In this document: positions 1-7,286 of the stretch, piece by piece
Layout: every line of letters starts with the position of its first letter
How positions within the stretch are numbered: the first letter of the stretch is position 1
Source: Stramenopiles sp. TOSAG23-6
Lineage: Eukaryota
Assembly: GCA_900128565.1 (NCBI GenBank)
Contig: LT635924.1
Coordinates: 1-49,078, forward strand
Length of the DNA: 49,078 nucleotides
Direction: 5' to 3'
Program-made: the position numbers and the translations under genes
The notes under the pieces: model-generated
What the model saw: only the letters and a program-made list of their open reading frames with translations
Database searches by the model: none
Told to the model about the DNA's origin: nothing

Positions 1-74
1 ATTTATTTATTTTTTCGTACGAAATTCCGTACCTAACAAATTTTACAAAAAAAAATATATTTTTCACAATACAT
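1..74 (+). other. Non-canonical intron family copy (5' truncated by window)
   Basis: Core cgtacgaaattccgtacctaac and 3' end ttttcacaatacat; the downstream exon resumes in phase 1. Confidence 0.8.
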
Positions 75-902
75 TGGAACCAAATCTTTTAGAAGGCTAT
101 GTGAAAGTCGAACCCACTCGTTTTCATGTACGTTTTCTTATTTATTTCAAAAATGTCTTTTTTTTTTTTCATACGAAATTTCGTACCTAACAAATTTAAA
201 AATATATATATATTTTTATAATACATGATATTTACGGGAAAGGTGGAAAAATCATTCGCTGCCTCCAGGACAAACTTAATGTTAAGATAGATGTTCCGAA
301 AGACACAAAAGGTATTTCATCTAATTTAGTATCTCATCGCGTTTCGATCGTTGGTGATAAGAGTGATGTAAAAAAAGCGAAGGAGACAATCAAAAATCTC
401 ATAAAGTTCCACTATATACGTTTTATATGAATTTCTAATTTATTTTTTTTCATACGAAATTTCGTACCTAACATTTTTTTTAGATTTTTTGAAATATTTT
501 TTCACAATACATACAGAAATTACTCACCCTGGATTTACACATTCCTTGGTTGAAGTTGAAGAGTCAAAATATAGTCTTATTATTGGCATACGAGGTCAGA
601 CAATCAAAAGTATCGAAGGAGATACCAGGGCAAAAATTCATGTACGTTTTCAAAATTGAATTTTTATCTACATTTTTTTTCGTACGAAAATTTGTACCTA
701 ACAAAAAAATATTGAATGTAAAATATTTTTCATAATACATATACCCGGAAAGAATCACTCTGGTACACAGGTGATGATTGTGGGCCTTCCTGCAAACGTT
801 GCTAAGGCAGAAAAACGAGTTAAAGCGATCATTGATGATACATATTCTAACCGTTCTGCTCTTGCTGAGGATGTTGAAGTTGTTAATGATGATGAAAAAT
901 AA
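75..902 (+). CDS. Multi-KH-domain RNA-binding protein (5' partial, spliced)
   Basis: Exons 75-127, 227-415, 513-641, 741-902 (TAA 900-902). The spliced product contains KH motifs RFH|DIYGKGGKIIRCLQDKLNVKIDVP and SLIIGIRGQTIKSIEGDTRAKIH|IPG. Not visible in the ORF track because of the introns. Confidence 0.85.
128..226 (+). other. Non-canonical intron GT-AT, 99 nt, phase 0
   Basis: cat|gtacgtttt...catacgaaatttcgtacctaac...taatacat|gat; removal gives RFH-DIYGKGG. Confidence 0.88.
416..512 (+). other. Non-canonical intron AT-AT, 97 nt, phase 0
   Basis: tat|atacgtttt...cacaatacat|aca; removal gives KFHY-TEITHPG in frame with the next KH domain. Confidence 0.82.
642..740 (+). other. Non-canonical intron GT-AT, 99 nt, phase 0
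   Basis: cat|gtacgtttt...cataatacat|ata; removal gives AKIH-IPG; contains an in-frame stop. Confidence 0.88.
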
Positions 903-938
903 TGAAGAATTTTGGGATGAGTCTGCTTTGATAAGGTA

Positions 939-995
939 TATTCTAGTTTTTGTCCATAATTAGGGTTAGGGTTATTCTAGTTTTTGTCCATAATT
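939..995. repeat. 23-bp direct repeat flanking a short TTAGGG tract
   Basis: tattctagtttttgtccataatt at 939-961 and 973-995; ttagggttagggtta at 960-974. Confidence 0.9.
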
Positions 996-1300
996 TTTCT
1001 AGTGAAAATGGATTCATGTTTTTATGTACCATGTAGCAATTTACCAATAAACAAATACGAATATTTTCTCCAATATTTTATTTTGATACAATTTTGATTT
1101 TTTTACATTTTTGTTGAGAAATTACGTACCGACAGACCTGCTTTTATTATAGGAATACGAATGTGTCTTTTGGCCAAAATTGTAGGCAAGTGCGCTGAAT
1201 CGATCTAGGATAGCTCTTCCGTCACACTTCGACTTTGGCTTCTTACAAAATACTACTTTAGTCGAAGTGTTTATGTTGTGATGTCAACATCCTAGAGAGC

Positions 1301-1951
1301 ATGGCAATGGAAAAGCAAACATCCAGGTTTAGGAGTAACGCATGTACACCAATTGCTCAGGGTGCTTTAGTTGGTGGTGTATTTGGTAGTGCTTGGGGTG
1401 GTATTTTAGGTACTCTACGAAATCAACCAGTAGGGTTTTACTCCACAGCAATGGGTTTTAATTTCTTTATTGCAAGTGGTATTTATTGTAGTGCATATCA
1501 ATGTATAAAGTCGATGCGAGGTGGAACGGATTCTCCATGGAATGCTGTTATTGCAGGGGTTTCAAGTGGTAGTTTGTTATCCGGTTTATTCGCTGGTCCT
1601 CGCAAAGTTCCTATTGGTGCTTTCATGTTTACAGTAGGAGGACTTGGGATTTTCTATACTCAGCAAATATATTACGACTGGAAAGAAAATGCTCGTAGAA
1701 TTATGATAAATGAAATAAACAATGAATATAGAAAGAAATCTCAAAAGGCTGTACCTAAAGAGTTCAAAGAACAGATTCAAGAGAGCTCACAAGAGAGCTG
1801 GATTCCAAACTGGTCTCCAATTCAAAAAGTAGATCATATAGAATACCGGAATAAGTTGAAGAAGAGATTGCTTGAAATAGATGCTGAGCTTGAAGGGAAA
1901 GTATATAGGGGTAGTAATGATGATGGTGATACTGATAATTCTTTGTATTAG
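1301..1951 (+). CDS. Tim17/Tim22/Tim23 (PRAT) family mitochondrial inner-membrane protein
   Basis: Gly-rich TM helices and an RGGTDSPWNAVIAGVSSGSLL PRAT-like motif; intronless 216 aa. Confidence 0.8.
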   Translation: MAMEKQTSRFRSNACTPIAQGALVGGVFGSAWGGILGTLRNQPVGFYSTAMGFNFFIASGIYCSAYQCIKSMRGGTDSPWNAVIAGVSSGSLLSGLFAGPRKVPIGAFMFTVGGLGIFYTQQIYYDWKENARRIMINEINNEYRKKSQKAVPKEFKEQIQESSQESWIPNWSPIQKVDHIEYRNKLKKRLLEIDAELEGKVYRGSNDDGDTDNSLY

Positions 1952-1991
1952 AATGTAATTCGCAATTTTATACAATATTAAATAATATATA

Positions 1992-4546
1992 CTAAACTTT
2001 GTTTTCCTCATGTAGCAAATTTTTGGTCAGAGCAGCAATCAGTGCTTCGTGGTGTGGTTGTCCGCTCCTTTTCTCAGAAGTATCTGTAGATTTCCCATAA
2101 AAATCACTATAATCAATAGATGAATCGATAGAGGAATCAATAGCATGATCACCGAGAGATTTTCGCTGCTGAACGATATGATACTCCCGCTCTTCTCTTA
2201 ACTCCTCCTCGGCTGCTCTCGCTCGATTTCGTGCTGCTTGTAATTCAGCCCTGCAAGATATTAATGTCTGCATCGCTTGTGACTCTTGTGAGGATTCATT
2301 CAAATGCAACTTAACTTTATCTTTCAATTCTTGTAGTTCTGCTTCTGTTGTGCGACATTTCTCTCTAGATTTCTGTAATTCTACTCGACTATGTTCAAGA
2401 GCCACCTCATGTATTGTGAAAAAAAAAAAAACTCAAAAAAGATTTGTTAGGTACAAAATTTCGTATGAAAAAAAATAAATTTGAAATTCATAATGAAAAC
2501 GTTCCAATTCTTCTATTCCAGGTGACTTTTTCTTTAATATTGTTTCTGCGAGATGTTTCTGTAATTCTACTAAATCATTATGTACTGCCTTCTTTTTCAT
2601 TTTTTCTGTCCCTAACAATACCAATGATTCATCGAGTTGGTCAGATAATGATGCTATTTTAATCTTGAAGACCTTTTTTTCAACTATATGCTGATCAATT
2701 TTGTCTTTAGCTAATCCATGCTGTTTTTTTATATGATTTACGTGCCTTTTTAATTTTCCATGTAATTTTTCTTTATCTTCTAATTCTTTCATTGTTTCTT
2801 TGTGAATTCCTGCAAGTTCTGAATGTTCACATTGTAATCGATTTACCGATTTTTCCATAATTTCTCTATAGACTTCATGTATTGTGAAAGAAAAGTACAC
2901 AATTTTTGTTATTAGGTACAAAATTTCGTACGAAAAAAAAATAAATTCGAAATTAAAAAAAAATAATGAAGACGTACATAGTCTGAAAGTTCTTTTTTCA
3001 CTCTTTGAAGTTCTAGATGCATCTTTTTTTGAGAAATTCGTTGTCTTTCGTGCTTGCTACTATTCATTTCTGTTAATGCAGCGCATTCTTTCCTTGAAGA
3101 TTTCAATTCTTCGGAACTTTTTTTTAATTGACGCCTTGACAATTCTAATTCTTCGGAACTTTTTTTTAATTCATTCAATATATTTGATATAAAACTAAGG
3201 GCTTCATCTCCGCCGTTAAGAATGATTTTTTTTGTGTCATCTGAAAGTTTAAGTCCTTCATTTTTCTCTTCACTAATCGATTGAACTTTCTCATTTACAT
3301 TTCGTAGAGTTCGAGGCTTTCTCGGATTTCGTGTTGTTGTTGTTGTTGTTGTTGTTATTTTCGCTGAAGAAAAAAAACGTGGGTTTCTACTTCGTGTTTT
3401 TTTTACCATACTATTTTGTTTTTTAATTTCATTCTTTAGATCTTTTCCAGATTTTTTTTTTACCACTATACTCTGCTGGTCAATTTCATTCTTTAGATCT
3501 TTTCTAGAAATTAAAGAATTCTTTGGTTGTTTCGTATTTCCTTGCTTAGTTGCAGCACGCATTCTTTGTGCAAATTTCAAACAGGTTAGATTTTCTGCAA
3601 TACAACTTTGTTGGTGTGAAAGAGCTGTTATAACACTACAATGAGCTTTACACAGAACAGCACCACGAAGTACCTTGGTTATAGTCGATTTATGATATGT
3701 GGTATTTACACCTCTCTCGTCTGTAGATAAAAATGCATCCAGTGTTAATTTCCATGGTGCTGTTTTATTTTTCCCACTATTATTTGAACTTTCAATCAAA
3801 TCACTTGACGCAGATGCAATGATTAAGGTTTGAAAAGTTGATGACAAAGGTTCAGTTTTGAGCTTGTCTTCTTCATCAGATTGTAGCGAAATAGTTAGTA
3901 GTAGATGATTAGATTTACTATGGATGGAGTCATTCGAATGATTCATCGTCGTTGTAAAATATTCCTGTATACTATTCATACTACGATGCAGCTCATCTGG
4001 GCTTCTAACAGTAACTCTTGTTTGCCCAGGAACAATAAAACTTGGTTTAGAAACATCCACACTTTCATTCAAGATCTGATTAGAAATGTCCTTTTCGTTA
4101 CTCCCTGCAGCATGTGCTAAAACATCAATAACTTTATCGTCGGATAAAAGGAGCCAGGAAAAGTGAAGAGTTGAGTGGCCTTTCTTGAACATCATATCTG
4201 TTGCTAAAACTGTCATTCCGTAGGCTAATTTGTCAACCGGATCGTTTGAATGCTTTGTACTTCGACCTGTAATAATTAAAAGTGCATTCTCCCCATCACA
4301 TACTTCACGCACCAACGGCATCACGCTTTTAGAGAATATATCAGTCAAGACTGTTCGATTTGTGTGACAAGAATCCATTTCAAAGCTGTACATACAGCTG
4401 AAATCTTCCTCTGGGCAGATTACAGTATTGCCTGAAAACTTCAGAACTGCGGGTAAAACTTTACCATCCACTTCTGTGTCAGAACTAAGTGGTTCACTAG
4501 TAAGAGCACATGCAGCAATATGTGAGACCTGTGCATTTTGTGCCAT
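1992..4546 (-). CDS. Divergent kinesin-like protein (degenerate motor domain plus coiled coil), spliced
   Basis: Exons 4546-2978, 2876-2505, 2408-1992. Kinesin-like segments DIFSKSVMPLVREVCDGENALLI, SKSNHLLLTI and YHKSTITKVLRGAVL..ENLTCLKFAQRM, followed by coiled coil. Confidence 0.7.
2409..2504 (-). other. Non-canonical intron GA-AT, 96 nt, phase 0
   Basis: Minus strand ttg|gaacgttttcat...catacgaaattttgtacctaac...cacaatacat|gag; contains an in-frame stop and joins the two coiled-coil ORFs. Confidence 0.75.
2877..2977 (-). other. Non-canonical intron GT-AT, 101 nt, phase 0
   Basis: Minus strand tat|gtacgtctt...cacaatacat|gaa; gives KELSDY-EVYREIME. Confidence 0.85.
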
Positions 4547-4905
4547 TTTTCAAAAGAAAATAATACCGACTTTCTGTTCACCTAAAAAGATCCGAAAGAT
4601 ACTACAATAACTGTCGGCTAAATTTAGCATTGATCGAAGAACATCTCTATCACACGAAATCTGGTTTTTTTTTTTTAAGGTTTTCGTGTATTTTCTTCGC
4701 ACTGGTGCTCTTGAGATCAGTTCATCAAACCGACAGGTAGTAGTACATCTCCACGCACTCTCCACTCTGTGAGGCAGTCTAGTGTATAAAAGTTTTCAAG
4801 CTGCGAATTCAGAGAGGGTAAACTTGTGATTTAGTATACTATTCAGTGAAAAGTCTGGGTATTATTTTCTTTCGTTTAAATTTGTAGTAGATTGTCCGTT
4901 GCAGA

Positions 4906-6486
4906 ATGTCGGAGAGACGTTATTTCTTAGTTGTAGACGCTGGTTCCAGTGGTTCACGAATCTTCGTGTATGAAAACGACAACACGAAAACCCTTCCCAG
5001 TGAGCGACTTCAGCTAATTAACGAAAAATATGGTCGATCTAAGACTGAGCCTGGTCTGTCTTCATTTTCAGAAAGCGGGGACTATGCTGGTGCTTGTACA
5101 TCTATCTCATATCTTCTGGACTATGCTGTAAGTGTTATCCCTGAAGAAATGCAAAAATCAACCCCGTTATTAATATTTGGTACCGCTGGATTACGCGTAG
5201 TGGATAAAAATAAGCGGAATGGTTTATTTGATTCACTTATTTCCTGTATATCTAGTAAATATGATTTTTTTGTGACCAGCGATAATGTTAGAGTCATAAG
5301 CGGGAATGAAGAGGCTGCTTTTGCGTGGATTGCTACCAATGCGAAGCAAAATCTTTTAGGTTCAAAGGAAGCTGCAACCATCGGTTCTTTAGATCTTGGT
5401 GGTGGATCGATGCAAATTGCGTTTCAACTGAAGCCATCTGACATTGTAGATGATAAACATATAACGGAAGTTTTCGGGAAAAAACTCTTTACTGCATCTT
5501 TCCTCGGGTATGGGGCGAATGCTGTAAGAAAAAGAGACATCAAAAATAGAATAGTTCCTCTAGCTAAAAACTTATTACTAAATAATTCGAATGGTCATGA
5601 GGTAGAAGTAATAGATCCGTGTCTAAATCCAGGTTATCTTGCTCGTTACAAATTGGTGGATGATAATAAAAATGCGATATTTATTGACGATAATTTTTTT
5701 CCACCCCACAAATTAAATCCTAACCCTAACCCTAATGGATCTACTGGTGATACGTTTGTTTTAGCTGGCACGGGTGATTGGGCTAAATGTCTCCTGGCAA
5801 TGGAACCATTATTGAATAAAAATGATTCGTGTAAAAACAAGAAAACATGTGGAATTAATAATACTAATATTCCTGATATCCGTTCGTATTCCAGTCCAAC
5901 CGGGCTCGGTAATACTTATAGAACGAAATGGTTTGCATTTTCTGAATATTATTATACTTTAGAAGATATATGGCATATTGGTAAATCCCCATATAACGCA
6001 AAGGATGTGAAAATATATTCCGAAGAATGGTGTGCAAAACAATGGTCCGAACTTTATGATAATTTTGATAAAAGTTATAAGAATAATATTTCACAAGATC
6101 GTCTTCACAACCAATGCTACAAGGCTGCTTGGATGGCATTAACATTGGAAGGTTTAAATTTTTGTCAATCAAATCCAACTAATCAGTCTTTATCTTTTAG
6201 ACAAATACAAGAAAATGGATTTCCCATTCATACTACAATGATACCTAACCACCCTGATGGGATTTCTTGGACGCTAGGCGCAGTTATAGATAAATTTCCA
6301 TCGGCAATGATAAATGAAGTGGTCGACTCTCAACAAACATTTTATGTCACAGTTATCTTCTGGTTATTAATGGTTGGTGGTCTCTTTGCTACTTTTATGG
6401 GCTTACTGAGGTTAAACAGGATTGGGAAAATTAAAATTTTTGGTAAAAAACTTAAATCATATAGTCGTTTAAGACTTTATTCTTGA
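4906..6486 (+). CDS. GDA1/CD39 family nucleoside phosphatase (apyrase/NTPDase) with C-terminal TM helix
   Basis: Apyrase conserved regions DAGSSGSR, GTAGLR, SGNEEAAFAW, DLGGGSMQ and ISWTLG; TM segment near the C-terminus. Confidence 0.93.
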   Translation: MSERRYFLVVDAGSSGSRIFVYENDNTKTLPSERLQLINEKYGRSKTEPGLSSFSESGDYAGACTSISYLLDYAVSVIPEEMQKSTPLLIFGTAGLRVVDKNKRNGLFDSLISCISSKYDFFVTSDNVRVISGNEEAAFAWIATNAKQNLLGSKEAATIGSLDLGGGSMQIAFQLKPSDIVDDKHITEVFGKKLFTASFLGYGANAVRKRDIKNRIVPLAKNLLLNNSNGHEVEVIDPCLNPGYLARYKLVDDNKNAIFIDDNFFPPHKLNPNPNPNGSTGDTFVLAGTGDWAKCLLAMEPLLNKNDSCKNKKTCGINNTNIPDIRSYSSPTGLGNTYRTKWFAFSEYYYTLEDIWHIGKSPYNAKDVKIYSEEWCAKQWSELYDNFDKSYKNNISQDRLHNQCYKAAWMALTLEGLNFCQSNPTNQSLSFRQIQENGFPIHTTMIPNHPDGISWTLGAVIDKFPSAMINEVVDSQQTFYVTVIFWLLMVGGLFATFMGLLRLNRIGKIKIFGKKLKSYSRLRLYS

Positions 6487-6534
6487 AGAAATAAAAACAA
6501 ATAAAACGTTTAAACATTTTAGGCTGAAGAAACA

Positions 6535-6612
6535 AAAAAAACAAAATTGGTCCTTTTCCTTCGGGTAAATATTAAAAAAACAAATTGGTCCTTTTCCTTC
6601 GGGTAAATATTA
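6535..6612. repeat. Tandem duplication, 38-bp period, 2 copies
   Basis: aaattggtccttttccttcgggtaaatatta starts at 6544 and 6582, between convergent gene ends. Confidence 0.9.
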
Positions 6613-7071
6613 ATCATGGTCTGCATTTTCCCTTCTGTTTCTTTCGGTCTGCTTCTTGTAGAATTTGATATCTTTTTCTAACCACGACTCATCGTCAAAG
6701 TCAGACAACTCGTCAAAATCAGACAACTCGTCAACATCAGACAATTCGTCAACATCAGATTCGCGGTTCGTATGGGAAGGAGGTAGAAATTTATTTAACC
6801 TATACAAGCTGTCCACATACACATTTGTTTCTTCTTTCATTTCAAATCCATTAAAAAGTACATCTCTTGGTTTTAGGATGCTTTCCCGAGTCACTGTAAG
6901 CCTGCCATAAGGGAAACGCTTTTTGTTATAGGCGATTGTTTTAAAAAACTTACGTTGGCGCATCGCTGGTAAGTTTTGAAGATGGCGTATACGTCGAAGA
7001 CCTGTAGTACATCCTTGAATTTGGACTATTTGTATTCCCAAAAACAACAACAACAACAACAACGGGGGCAT
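6610..7071 (-). CDS. Small putative secreted protein of unknown function
   Basis: Signal-peptide-like MPPLLLLLLFLGIQIVQIQG, basic middle region, 4x SD(V/F)DEL-like acidic repeat. Confidence 0.55.
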   Translation of the reverse strand: MPPLLLLLLFLGIQIVQIQGCTTGLRRIRHLQNLPAMRQRKFFKTIAYNKKRFPYGRLTVTRESILKPRDVLFNGFEMKEETNVYVDSLYRLNKFLPPSHTNRESDVDELSDVDELSDFDELSDFDDESWLEKDIKFYKKQTERNRRENADHD

Positions 7072-7286
7072 TTAAGTGACTTGGAGTGTTGCTTATCTAT
7101 CTAAAGAGGTAGCTACGATGCTTTAGTAGTATTACTATACTAGAAAGGTACGCTATATTTGAAGTGAGTCCAAAGCCTCCGAGGTCAACAAACAAACTGA
7201 CTCGCAAAAATCGAAATAAATTTTGCAATACTATACGTCCTCTCAGCTCACCTTATCATGCCACTACTATAGTAAGCTAGAGAATC

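Noticed and set aside
128-226. Units as non-autonomous Helitrons (insertion between A and T, internal hairpin)
   Set aside because: No 5' TC or 3' CTRR ends, the hairpin is too far from the 3' end, and TT/TT copies indicate a duplication, which Helitrons do not make.
513-516. Canonical CAG acceptor just after intron 416-512
   Set aside because: Using it puts the next KH domain out of frame, and there is no matching GT donor.
1-740. Clustered palindromic repeats as a CRISPR array
   Set aside because: Eukaryotic context, the spacers are coding exons of variable length, and there are no cas genes.
550-963. Short ORFs 550-735, 564-758 and 778-963, and similar Phe/Lys-rich ORFs over introns elsewhere
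   Set aside because: Off-frame or antisense readings of the spliced genes and intron repeats.
3332-3357. GTT microsatellite
   Set aside because: Simple coding poly-Thr tract in the kinesin-like gene.
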